Virus record (IMG/VR): IMGVR_UViG_3300020313_000002
Coordinates: 1-58,243 of that record
Length of the DNA: 58,243 nt
Strand: one strand, 5' to 3'
Origin: a virus
Taxonomy: Duplodnaviria > Caudoviricetes
In this document: piece after piece, positions 1 through 8,158 of the stretch
How the letters are laid out: each line of letters starts with the position of its first letter
Position numbering within the stretch: the stretch's first letter is position 1
The notes under the pieces: model-generated
Database searches by the model: none
What the model saw: only the letters and a program-made list of their open reading frames with translations
What the model was told of the DNA's origin: nothing
Translations under genes and position numbers: made by a program

Positions 1-55
1 CTATAACTCGTAACCTCTGTAGCAGCTTAGGGTTACAGTCTAACGGTTACCCCCT
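1..55. repeat. Terminal 55-bp direct repeat, copy 1 (circular assembly overlap)
   Basis: 1-55 is identical to 58189-58243; 55 is a common de Bruijn k-mer size. Confidence 0.95.
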
Positions 56-193
56 AGGGATCCCCAATCTGTTATTCACTTATGTTACGTCCCCCGCAGA
101 GATTTTTTCGCCTTTCTAAGCCAAAAGGCGGCTGAAACACAGCGTTTGCCCTGTCCAGTAGGCCGAAATTGTCCATATGGCTATAGGTTTGTT

Positions 194-218
194 ACTTTTG
201 GAAAAATTTTCCAAAAGT
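194..218. promoter_or_regulatory. Palindromic site 1 of 5 (ACTTTTGGAAAA-A-TTTTCCAAAAGT)
   Basis: Perfect 25-bp dyad with a 1-nt centre; the core recurs at four other intergenic sites. Confidence 0.75.
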
Positions 219-230
219 GTATGGAATACC

Positions 231-581
231 CTATTTTTCTAGGGGTCTTCTGTGTCCGAGTGGGTGTACTTTTCTATTGGCCAGCTCTATATCGTGGTCG
301 GACTTTATGACGTTATATGTTCTAACTTTTATACGTCGTATAAAATTTCCGCGCGGGTCTACGAAGATTACCATGATATGGTGTTTTCTGTGGATTTTCA
401 TGGGTTCTTGTTTCATAACCCTGAAATCTTCGTATCTGAGTCCGTTGCGCGTGTTTGTGAAGAAGAGTAGTTGGGAGAATCCGTTTGCTCTTTTGTCTAC
501 TATATTCCAGACAGCTCCATCGTAGACATCATCTACGTGGTATTCATGCCTTGGTAATGATAGAATGATTAGCAACCACAT
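231..581 (-). CDS. Hypothetical protein, resembles a Planctomycete-type uncharacterised family
   Basis: 116-aa ORF with a hydrophobic N-terminus; pattern D..N....FSQLLF...D.R....D...IR.I......D.EL..R...P...RR.L recalled from planctomycete proteins, not searched. Confidence 0.6.
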   Translation of the reverse strand: MWLLIILSLPRHEYHVDDVYDGAVWNIVDKRANGFSQLLFFTNTRNGLRYEDFRVMKQEPMKIHRKHHIMVIFVDPRGNFIRRIKVRTYNVIKSDHDIELANRKVHPLGHRRPLEK

Positions 582-603
582 AACCCGATTATAGGTAAAT
601 GAT

Positions 604-969
604 ATGGCTGCTGATAATGTGTATCCATCCTATGAGGAGATGGATATTCTCGATTCTATTCTTGAAATGGAGCTGAGGCTTGCGAAAATGCGTCAGCGCG
701 GGCAGAAGGTTCCGGGGCCAGTGGAAGTCCTTCCAGATGAGCTTAATAAGGAAGCGATTGCGGATGAGATAGAGATGGGTGGTGGAATCAATATCCACTT
801 CGGAGAGCCAGCAGAAGCTCCTAGGGCTTGGCGACCTCCTATGGAAATGCCATTACTTCCGGTTAATCCTATGCGGGAGGAGCCTCAGGGGTTCAATTGG
901 GGAGATATCCAGAGAGGATTGCAGGAAAATAACTCAAGGAGCATACCTCCAGTTATTCCGCCAAACTAA
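604..969 (+). CDS. Hypothetical acidic/Pro-rich protein
   Basis: 121-aa ATG ORF filling the gap between - strand genes, with AGGT upstream. Confidence 0.6.
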   Translation: MAADNVYPSYEEMDILDSILEMELRLAKMRQRGQKVPGPVEVLPDELNKEAIADEIEMGGGINIHFGEPAEAPRAWRPPMEMPLLPVNPMREEPQGFNWGDIQRGLQENNSRSIPPVIPPN

Positions 970-1234
970 TATCTTCTTCTAGTTTCTCTTTTACTTTTTT
1001 AATCTCTACTACTGAATGGCGGATATTCTCTCTAGCCGACGTATAGTTGATTAAATACCTGCCATCGAGCTGTGTTAGCCCATCTATTACGCCTTCTATG
1101 GTTTCCAGAAGCGTGGTAGCGCTATCAACCATGTTCTTAGCTATCTTAAGCTCCCATTGTAGATCGTCTAATTTTTGCTTTCTGGATATTTTTCGGCCAT
1201 TTTTTCTGTTACGCCCTGTATTGTCGCTAGCCAT
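953..1234 (-). CDS. Hypothetical coiled-coil protein
   Basis: 93-aa ORF in a chain of overlapping - strand genes. Confidence 0.55.
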   Translation of the reverse strand: MASDNTGRNRKNGRKISRKQKLDDLQWELKIAKNMVDSATTLLETIEGVIDGLTQLDGRYLINYTSARENIRHSVVEIKKVKEKLEEDISLAE

Positions 1235-1491
1235 CTTCCGTATTTCCCTGTTTTTTTGGTTTCTATGTACAGATATCCATCATCGTCAGCTGCTTGGAAT
1301 AGCAGCTCGTGTATCATGCTCTTGGCTTCACTGTAGCCTTCCTTGCCTCTTTCTGGTGCATTTACACCTAAAAGGCGTGCTTTTATTATATGTATCGTAT
1401 GAAAGCCCAGATCGACGTGTAGAACTACTGTATCTCCGTCGATGACTCGTTTGAGTGTGGCTCTGTATTGGTAGAAATTCTTTTGTTCCAT
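1168..1491 (-). CDS. Thermonuclease (staphylococcal nuclease-like) family protein
   Basis: Motifs RVIDGDT, RLLGVNAPE and GKYGRWLA. Confidence 0.88.
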   Translation of the reverse strand: MEQKNFYQYRATLKRVIDGDTVVLHVDLGFHTIHIIKARLLGVNAPERGKEGYSEAKSMIHELLFQAADDDGYLYIETKKTGKYGRWLATIQGVTEKMAEKYPESKN

Positions 1492-1625
1492 TGTTCTATA
1501 CTGCTAATTGTTGTCCCATATCCTTCCGGCCCCCTAGCATTACAGTCTTCGCACCAAACATATTGTCCGAAGTTAAGGGTGGACGGCCTTACGTTTCCGC
1601 AAAATGGACAGGGTTTAGGTTTCAT
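1425..1625 (-). CDS. Lar-family (restriction alleviation) Zn-ribbon protein
   Basis: KPCPFCG...VWCEDCNARGP...WNKR; start placed at MKPKPC. Confidence 0.8.
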   Translation of the reverse strand: MKPKPCPFCGNVRPSTLNFGQYVWCEDCNARGPEGYGTTISSIEQWNKRISTNTEPHSNESSTEIQ

Positions 1626-1803
1626 ACTCTTTTTCCAGCTCGTTAAGTCTGTATATGACCTCATTTAACTTGAAGCATAGCTTCTTTGAGGGTAAATAAA
1701 GCATGTGATCTTTTCTTTCTGAGTAGTTTTCTAGTATGTTGTATGCGGTTTTGCAGGCCGATTTTGTATACCTAATGTCTGCTAGATCTGTTCTTGCGTC
1801 CAT
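1615..1803 (-). CDS. Small hypothetical protein
   Basis: 62-aa ORF overlapping both neighbours in the operon. Confidence 0.5.
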   Translation of the reverse strand: MDARTDLADIRYTKSACKTAYNILENYSERKDHMLYLPSKKLCFKLNEVIYRLNELEKEYET

Positions 1804-2015
1804 GTTGCTTCACTTTCAGTCTGTCTTATCTTCTCTTGGATGTAGTTTAGGGCTTTTCTGTAGTCTTCTAGTGCTGTAGCCCCATCCTTTTTACCCGCCC
1901 TGCATATGTACTTTATGGCATTTCCCTCAAAGAAATCTAATTTCCAATCAATAATCACATCCCAAGGCTGTATTTTCCCAGCCCCATAATGCTTTGGAGG
2001 GTCTATGTTGTACAT
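1782..2015 (-). CDS. DUF3310 family phage protein
   Basis: IDPPKHY...FFEGNAIKYICRAGKK...LEDYRKALNYI. Confidence 0.88.
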   Translation of the reverse strand: MYNIDPPKHYGAGKIQPWDVIIDWKLDFFEGNAIKYICRAGKKDGATALEDYRKALNYIQEKIRQTESEATWTQEQI

Positions 2016-2044
2016 GATTTACAATATCCGACTCTTATAAAAGC

Positions 2045-2263
2045 GTTAGCCACCCTTGGATTCCCCACCCCAAGGCACCATTCTCGCAATAACCGGGAAC
2101 AACGGCCTACGAGTGTTAAGTCTGCATTTGTCCTACAGCCTTAACCTTCCCTTGTAACTCTCACTATAGGAGCTACCTATATCAACCGAATGCGTCAAGC
2201 GGCCCCGAAAGCAGGCTGACATCATTCATGACTAACAATATCGAAGGTACTAGGATCTTCGAT
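2045..2263 (-). ncRNA. Candidate structured ncRNA or 5' leader A
   Basis: ORF-free gap with about six hairpins and a closing stem GUUAGUCA/UGGCUAAC; G-U pairs work only on the - strand; begins just downstream of the promoter at 2270-2297. Confidence 0.6.
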
Positions 2264-2269
2264 TAACTA

Positions 2270-2297
2270 ATCATACCGATAGCGAAAGTAATATCAA
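2270..2297 (-). promoter_or_regulatory. Sigma70-like promoter of the phage promoter family
   Basis: TTGATA-TTACTTTCGCTATCGG-TATGAT with a 16-bp spacer; aligns with three other copies. Confidence 0.7.
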
Positions 2298-2300
2298 GGA

Positions 2301-2546
2301 CTATTGACGAGAATCGTACTGAACACAGCCAAAATCTTTTCTTGTGTGGAGAATTGCTGTTAAGTCATCATTGATATCTATCGGGATCCAGCTATCATCG
2401 TTTCCATCTATTGCATAAACCACTTGATATGTGAGGGTTTCATGCGCATCTGGGGTAGTTAGTAGGCATTCAGAGTAGTCTCCGCTTGCCGGAGGCTGTT
2501 TCCAGTGGAGACACGTTTCACACTTAGCTATTGTTTTCTTAGACAT
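2301..2546 (-). CDS. Small Cys-rich hypothetical protein
   Basis: CETC..W...C...FGC pattern; ATG at 2546 couples to the upstream stop (the ORF can extend to 2612). Confidence 0.55.
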   Translation of the reverse strand: MSKKTIAKCETCLHWKQPPASGDYSECLLTTPDAHETLTYQVVYAIDGNDDSWIPIDINDDLTAILHTRKDFGCVQYDSRQ

Positions 2547-2814
2547 TGTGAGGTGTATTCCATATTTTCCTAAATCCCGGTGGAGAGCGATGCGTATCGT
2601 TAGGATCTTCAAGTTCTCCTTCAGATACTAGCTCTATAAGGTCTTCCCTATTAGTGAGAAAGTAAAATCCATCGTAGTCAAATATGTATCTAGTGATATA
2701 GACTTCACCCTCAGAGGGAGTGGAATTCCATATTTCACCTTCCCATACGAGAACATCACCTTTCTCTGGGCCGGGATCTAAGTTTTTATTTAATATGTAG
2801 TATCTCTTAACCAT
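2539..2814 (-). CDS. Hypothetical protein
   Basis: 91-aa ATG ORF. Confidence 0.55.
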   Translation of the reverse strand: MVKRYYILNKNLDPGPEKGDVLVWEGEIWNSTPSEGEVYITRYIFDYDGFYFLTNREDLIELVSEGELEDPNDTHRSPPGFRKIWNTPHNV

Positions 2815-2851
2815 AGTTACACACCGTGGGCTCAGAAATATGCCCTTATGC

Positions 2852-2872
2852 TTTTGGAAAAATTTTCCAAAA
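2852..2872. promoter_or_regulatory. Palindromic site 2 of 5
   Basis: TTTTGGAAAAATTTTCCAAAA at the divergence point between the - and + transcription units. Confidence 0.75.
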
Positions 2873-2902
2873 CATCATAGCTCAGGCTTCTGCTACTATT
2901 TT

Positions 2903-3111
2903 ACATCGAGCAGAACCAAGGTTCACTCCCATCGTCGGTAGCGATAGGCTCACCCTTGGCAGTTCTTTAGCCACTTATTGCGCTGGCGGAGCTAAAACCC
3001 CAGCGACGAGAAGAAACTACGGGACTCATCTTGATTAGATTCATAGCTTCGCAAAGACTTCTACCCTCGTCGCCGGGGAGGGGTATGTGGATTCAAATAC
3101 TACATTGATGT
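2903..3111 (+). ncRNA. Candidate structured ncRNA or 5' leader B
   Basis: Closing stem ACAUCGA/UUGAUGU encloses AGAAC/GUUCU, CCAAGG/CCUUGG, CGCUGG/CCAGCG, AGAAG/CUUCU, UACCCUC/GAGGGUA and UGUGG/CUACA; G-U pairs favour +; preceded by extended -10 TGcTACTAT. Confidence 0.55.
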
Positions 3112-3167
3112 TTTATGTGCTTCAAGTAGTCTTATAATAAAAACTGGAACTTTTTGGAGGGAACTTT

Positions 3168-4298
3168 ATGGCTAATAAGTTTTGGACGGATGAAGATATT
3201 CGCGTTCTCAAGGAAATGATGAACGCTGGATACAGCAATAACGATATAGCTGCTCGTTTAAGGAGGACTCCAAGCTCAATAAGGAACAAGAAGTCTGACG
3301 TGTTGCATGAAGGTCGGCTACCCGTAAATGAATCTCCTGAGGTATCTGGAGAATTTTCGGAAGCTGTGTATGATTTCGAGAATGCTGCTCTAAAGAATGA
3401 GATTAAGGAGCTTGCAGAAAAGGTACAAGAGTATGAGAAACATATTGTCGCGCCTCAATGGGATGACGAGTGGGATGGGGATTTTGAGTGGACTCGCGCG
3501 GAAAAGAAGAGTGCGAAGAGAATTGAAAAGGAAACACTTAGAGGAAAATTTGACGTACACTTTCCTAGTGGCCCCATCGCAATCTCTGTCATATCCGACC
3601 AGCACATCGCACCCGGAACCGCATGTGACTTCAAGCGAATGCGAGAAGACGCAGAGCTTATTAGGGACACTCCGGGGTTTTACGCAGTATTTGGAGGAGA
3701 CGGGGTTGATAACCACATTAAGCACCGTTCCGCACTCATTGGAGCCAACTCTACACCTGATGAGCAATGGAAGCTGTTCGATTACTACCTCCAATTGTTT
3801 GGAGATAAAATCCTCGCCATTATCAGTGGTAATCACGATGCTTGGACAGCCCAGATCGGCGGAGTGGATTATCTGTCAAAGATAGCCGAGCAGAGAAAGA
3901 TATGTTACGCACCAGCTGAAGCTAGACTTGAGATTACTGTTGGTGAGCAGCCATACAAAATGGTAGTGCGACACCAGACTGGTAGGTTCAATTCAAGCCT
4001 GAATCAGACTCATGCAGTAAAAAGGTTTTACGAATATGGTGAGGAAACATTCGATATAGGAGTTATTGGGCATCACCACGAGGCGGCGATTGAAATGTTC
4101 ATTCGTCATGGGCTTAAGCGGTATGCAGCAAGGCCGGGATCTTATCAGATTACCAGTCCTTATTCCCATCAGTATGGCTTCTCGCGGGCTATACCAACTT
4201 GCCCAACATTTATACTCTTCCCTGATGAGAGAAGAATGATAGGTTTTGCAGACGTTAGAGATGCGGTATGGGCATGGAACCAAAAAGCATTGCAGTAA
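3168..4298 (+). CDS. Calcineurin-like metallophosphoesterase with N-terminal HTH
   Basis: Motifs SDQH, GDGVD, GNHD, VRH and GHHH; N-terminal WT.ED...IAARLRRT HTH; GGAGG RBS. Confidence 0.88.
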   Translation: MANKFWTDEDIRVLKEMMNAGYSNNDIAARLRRTPSSIRNKKSDVLHEGRLPVNESPEVSGEFSEAVYDFENAALKNEIKELAEKVQEYEKHIVAPQWDDEWDGDFEWTRAEKKSAKRIEKETLRGKFDVHFPSGPIAISVISDQHIAPGTACDFKRMREDAELIRDTPGFYAVFGGDGVDNHIKHRSALIGANSTPDEQWKLFDYYLQLFGDKILAIISGNHDAWTAQIGGVDYLSKIAEQRKICYAPAEARLEITVGEQPYKMVVRHQTGRFNSSLNQTHAVKRFYEYGEETFDIGVIGHHHEAAIEMFIRHGLKRYAARPGSYQITSPYSHQYGFSRAIPTCPTFILFPDERRMIGFADVRDAVWAWNQKALQ

Positions 4299-4324
4299 TT
4301 TGTCCTTCTTGCATGAAGGTCATG

Positions 4325-4411
4325 ACGCTTATAATAAATCGCAAGGAAGGCGATGTTAATAAGTGTGCGCACTGCGGAGCAGTGAAGATCAAATGGAAAA
4401 GCATGGAGAGC
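4325..4411 (+). promoter_or_regulatory. GGA-loop hairpin cluster (candidate CsrA-binding leader)
   Basis: AUCGC-AAGGAAG-GCGAU and CACUGC-GGA-GCAGUG, plus two further AUGGA, the last overlapping the RBS of the ORF at 4416. Confidence 0.45.
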
Positions 4412-4415
4412 AAAA

Positions 4416-4655
4416 GTGTCAAAGACAAGAACAGCGTTTAACTTTTTCGGTACAATATTTTTCATAATGGCCACAGCGTATTTTGGAATGCTTCTATGGA
4501 AGTCCTATGTTTGGTACAAGTGGCTCAGTGAAATGGAAAAAGCACTAATACGACAGACTCCGCCAACTAGCGATCCACTTGTTAATCCCAGAGGTAGATG
4601 GGATGTTACTCATTGGTACGGCCCATTAACTAAGGAAGAAAGAAATGCCGTTTAA
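4416..4655 (+). CDS. Small membrane protein
   Basis: GTG start after GGAG; one TM helix FNFFGTIFFIMATAYFGMLLW. Confidence 0.65.
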   Translation: MSKTRTAFNFFGTIFFIMATAYFGMLLWKSYVWYKWLSEMEKALIRQTPPTSDPLVNPRGRWDVTHWYGPLTKEERNAV

Positions 4656-5145
4656 CGATCACAGGATTCCAGAGATTGGAGACAATATATCTTCGGGTCA
4701 GCATCTATACAATCTCATAGATAATAATAGGAGGCAGCAATTCAGGGAAAGTTATTCACCCAGAAAGGCTCTTGAGGATTGGCGTAAAGCTCGTGCCCCT
4801 TTAGTAGCCGACCGTGTGATGGAAGATTTGGGTGAGCAAATTAAAATGCCTGCCGGAATTAAAATGCCTGCCGGAGAGAATCTACGGAGGGGATATGAGA
4901 GAACCACTAACTTCGGCAGGACAGGGGCAAACCCTATTCCGCCCGGCCCGTCTTCACAAGGCCCCTCTCCAACTCCCGGCCCACCTAACCCGTTTTACAC
5001 AAATCCACTGGCGAATCCACCGTCTATGGGAGGACAAGTCAGGGAATGGAATGCTCAGGATATGGAACTTAGGAGAAGGCTTTTAGATTCACCCGGACGA
5101 GATTTGCGGCCACGCAATCAGTTTAGAGATTCATTTGGGGGATAG
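4645..5145 (+). CDS. Hypothetical Pro-rich disordered protein
   Basis: 166-aa ORF containing an 18-bp tandem duplication at 4840-4875 (IKMPAG x2). Confidence 0.7.
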   Translation: MPFNDHRIPEIGDNISSGQHLYNLIDNNRRQQFRESYSPRKALEDWRKARAPLVADRVMEDLGEQIKMPAGIKMPAGENLRRGYERTTNFGRTGANPIPPGPSSQGPSPTPGPPNPFYTNPLANPPSMGGQVREWNAQDMELRRRLLDSPGRDLRPRNQFRDSFGG

Positions 5146-5150
5146 ATATA

Positions 5151-5540
5151 ATGCCGGATCCATTTAGAAGTGCATTCGGGAAAAACCCTGTCAAGTACGA
5201 TTGGGATCCTGATACTCCGTGGGTTAAGGATCTTGGACACGATCCTGTAGACAGCAGTAGTATGTGGTATAAGTTTCATCAGCCACCATTTGACCCTTAC
5301 AGCATGTCTTGGCCCCAGATAAGCGATCTCAATAAGTCTATGGAGTCTATGGAGGAACAGGAGGGCAAGTTCCAGAAGGATATGAAAAAGCATAAAGATC
5401 TTCTTCCATTCCGATTCCCAGAGTTTGGGAAGGGAGCAACACCGGCACCCAATAAGCAGATTATTGATGAAGCTAAGAACAGGATGTCTAGAGAAAGATT
5501 TAGGGAAGGTCTTAATAATCCAATATTCAGGAGGAAGTAA
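5151..5540 (+). CDS. Hypothetical protein
   Basis: 129-aa ORF with GGGGGA RBS, operon-packed. Confidence 0.7.
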   Translation: MPDPFRSAFGKNPVKYDWDPDTPWVKDLGHDPVDSSSMWYKFHQPPFDPYSMSWPQISDLNKSMESMEEQEGKFQKDMKKHKDLLPFRFPEFGKGATPAPNKQIIDEAKNRMSRERFREGLNNPIFRRK

Positions 5541-5725
5541 TGAAGAGAAGATTTATAGTTCCACACGAAAAGCGAAGAATCATGGTTCGCTCTCGATGCT
5601 GTGAAGATTTATGTACCCTAGCTAAGGGTGTAAAAGCCTTGGGCTATGAAGAGGTAGGGCTTGTTAAGTTCTTACTACATATAGCTTTATGGTGGAAGAA
5701 ACCCAAAGATGCTATTGCAGAATAA
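5540..5725 (+). CDS. Small hypothetical protein
   Basis: TAATG coupling and AGGAGG RBS. Confidence 0.6.
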   Translation: MKRRFIVPHEKRRIMVRSRCCEDLCTLAKGVKALGYEEVGLVKFLLHIALWWKKPKDAIAE

Positions 5726-5791
5726 TAGTAAAAATATTTATTGTAGTAGTAACCAAGACTAAGTACCCAATGACCCCAACGGAGATATATT

Positions 5792-6982
5792 ATGTCGGAA
5801 GAAATCCAAGAATCTGCTGATCCTGTAGCAACAGGGGATTCCTTGCAGGAATCATCCGATGCTGTAGCGGTGGAGGATCAACCTGTTTCGCCTGATGAGT
5901 CTGGATCTGCGATAGAGCAAACTGACTGGTCAGAAGCATTATCAGAGGATACTGGTGAACAGGTGTATACTGGTGAACAGCCGTACACCGAGCCTCAACA
6001 GCCGGTCAATCCTAGCTTTTACGAGCAGGTTAATAGCTATGGCTTCCGAACTAATGACGACTCAGAAGCTCAAAACACACTGTTGCAATCGTATCATGCT
6101 GCCCAGCAGCAGAACTACGCAATGCAGCAGCAGCAAATGCAGCAGCAGCAATACATGCAGCAGATGCAGCAACTTGCTGAAGCGGGACAGCAATACCAAG
6201 AGCTGTCCCAACAACCCGAATTCCAAGAGTGGGCTCAGACCACATATGGTCAAGATGAAGCCCAACAGGAAGATACTTGGTGGAGTCCTCCCGAACTAAC
6301 AGAGGACGATATCAAGAAATGGCGTGAACCTCGCCAAGATGCAAGAACGGGCCAGTGGTACTGGGACTGGAAACCGAATGCACCGGCAGACATACGTGAA
6401 AGAGCAGAGGAATATATTGATTACCACAAGCAGTGGGCTCAAGATCTTGCTCAGCGACCTCACGAAGTACTTCCCGAAATTATTGAACGAGAGTTCGATA
6501 AGCTGTTTGTAGATCGTTATGGAAGATTGCTCGATGAATATGATGATCGAAGATCTTATCAGCAACGTGAAGAAACAATCGAGAATATTAATTCTCGAAA
6601 TGCAGATTGGCTTTATGAGCGTGATGCTAGTGGAAACACAGCTTACGATTATCAAGGCAATCCTGTAATGACACCTCATGGTCAGGAAGTGGTTGGATAC
6701 GTGAACCAGCTTCGCGAATCCGGCATGACTGACCCTGAGCAAATGTGGGATGTGGCTACCCGGATGATGGCCGGGAAAATCGCAACCCAACAGCTACAGC
6801 AACAGCAATATGCACCTGTTCAGGACAGGAACATGCAGCATCTCCAGCGGGGTGCTGGGCATATTGCTAACCGTGAGGGAAGTGTTGCTGCTGGTGGTTA
6901 CCCAAGCCCGAACTCACAGAATCAGAACCTGTCTGCTGGTGAGAAGTTGCGACAACAAGCGTTGTCGGACGGTTTGTTTTAG
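5792..6982 (+). CDS. Probable capsid scaffolding protein
   Basis: Acidic, Gln-rich helical 396 aa immediately upstream of the major capsid gene (positional inference). Confidence 0.65.
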   Translation: MSEEIQESADPVATGDSLQESSDAVAVEDQPVSPDESGSAIEQTDWSEALSEDTGEQVYTGEQPYTEPQQPVNPSFYEQVNSYGFRTNDDSEAQNTLLQSYHAAQQQNYAMQQQQMQQQQYMQQMQQLAEAGQQYQELSQQPEFQEWAQTTYGQDEAQQEDTWWSPPELTEDDIKKWREPRQDARTGQWYWDWKPNAPADIRERAEEYIDYHKQWAQDLAQRPHEVLPEIIEREFDKLFVDRYGRLLDEYDDRRSYQQREETIENINSRNADWLYERDASGNTAYDYQGNPVMTPHGQEVVGYVNQLRESGMTDPEQMWDVATRMMAGKIATQQLQQQQYAPVQDRNMQHLQRGAGHIANREGSVAAGGYPSPNSQNQNLSAGEKLRQQALSDGLF

Positions 6983-7004
6983 TTTTTTTTGAGAGGTTAA
7001 GAAA

Positions 7005-8135
7005 ATGGCTTATAAAGGATTTAATCCTGTCGCCTTTTCACGTACCGCTGCAACGACGCTAGCCAAGCATATTCGTGACGTTGAAGAAGCTATGCTTCGC
7101 AACTATCAGCTTGGTGCTTTGTTGGAAGCAGCTGGACGCGTGAATTACAACAATAGTGGTGAAGGCTTTGACTGGCCAGTTCAGTATCGTCTTCATACTG
7201 TTGAAGGTAACACTGGGGAAACTCAGCGTAACTTTGCACGCCGTAACTTGTGGAAAACGGCTAACCTTGAATATCGTGGCTATCAAGCTACGGATTCAAT
7301 GTACTACCGTGAATTCCGAAGTAACCGTGGTGAAGAAGGTATCGTCAAAGTATTTGAAAACTTTGTTGAGCGCCTTGAAACTTCTATTACACAGTCTCTT
7401 GGTGGCGAATACTACGTCAATGGAGAAGCCACTGGTAATGAACAATCATGGCATGGGCTAGAGTCCTTGTTCGGTGATCCTAGCCAGACGTTTAACATTG
7501 ATGGTAGCGGCGCTCGTGCTAAGAATGCTGCTGACAAAGTTGGTGTTCCAGCTAATACATACGCTGGTATTTCTTGTGCTCCCGGTAACTACGGTGGTGA
7601 ACAAGAATCTGGTGCTGCATGGCCTGATGGTGTAGCAGACTCAGAGTATGATTTCTGGAGTCCGTTGATTGTTGACTATACATCGTCAGCTTTCAGTGGA
7701 AGTGCTGATACATTTGCTGCACAGGGTGACGAAGCAATGCGTTTCGCTATCATTCATGCACAGCGTAACAGCAGCCAGACTGGTCAGATTACTAACGTAA
7801 TGCTGGCACGAGATCTTTATATGGATCTTTTGAATCTTATTGATGATAAAGAGCGTATTCAGATTACTAGTGAGCATCAGCTACGTGCTCTTGGCTTTAA
7901 GAATGTCGTCAACTTTGACGGTATTGAAGTAAGCTGGGAAGCTGCTGTACCTAATGGTGTTGGATACGGTATGAACTATGAGAACATCGAACTCAAATCA
8001 ATGGACGATTCGCTACTGCGTAGTGAAGGCCCAGAGTACGATATTCATAGCCAAGCCTTCAATGCTGTTGTTAGCACATTATCCAACTTGAAGTTCTCGA
8101 CACCTCGAAACTTCTTCAAGTTAATGAGTGTATAG
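7005..8135 (+). CDS. Major capsid protein (HK97 fold, inferred)
   Basis: 376 aa with strongly biased codons; GEGFDWPVQY, ..WHGLESL and LGFKNVVNFDGIEV resemble podovirus coat proteins; lies between scaffold and decoration genes. Confidence 0.85.
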   Translation: MAYKGFNPVAFSRTAATTLAKHIRDVEEAMLRNYQLGALLEAAGRVNYNNSGEGFDWPVQYRLHTVEGNTGETQRNFARRNLWKTANLEYRGYQATDSMYYREFRSNRGEEGIVKVFENFVERLETSITQSLGGEYYVNGEATGNEQSWHGLESLFGDPSQTFNIDGSGARAKNAADKVGVPANTYAGISCAPGNYGGEQESGAAWPDGVADSEYDFWSPLIVDYTSSAFSGSADTFAAQGDEAMRFAIIHAQRNSSQTGQITNVMLARDLYMDLLNLIDDKERIQITSEHQLRALGFKNVVNFDGIEVSWEAAVPNGVGYGMNYENIELKSMDDSLLRSEGPEYDIHSQAFNAVVSTLSNLKFSTPRNFFKLMSV

Positions 8136-8158
8136 TCCCTTTTAGAAAGGTAAGAAAA

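Noticed and set aside
1-55. 55-bp terminal repeat as a biological direct terminal repeat
   Set aside because: The length equals a common assembly k-mer, so it shows circularity of the assembly graph rather than virion ends
2826-3038. 70-aa + strand ORF
   Set aside because: GTG start without RBS; runs through palindrome 2 and the structured RNA; no protein-like features
2016-3167. tRNA, tmRNA or self-splicing intron identity for the structured regions
   Set aside because: No cloverleaf with T-loop and CCA, no tag ORF, no recognisable intron core and no interrupted gene
4322-4441. 39-aa ORF MTLIINRKEGD... resembling the CsrA N-terminus
   Set aside because: The similarity ends after 11 residues, the RBS is weak, and the sequence is better explained by RNA hairpins
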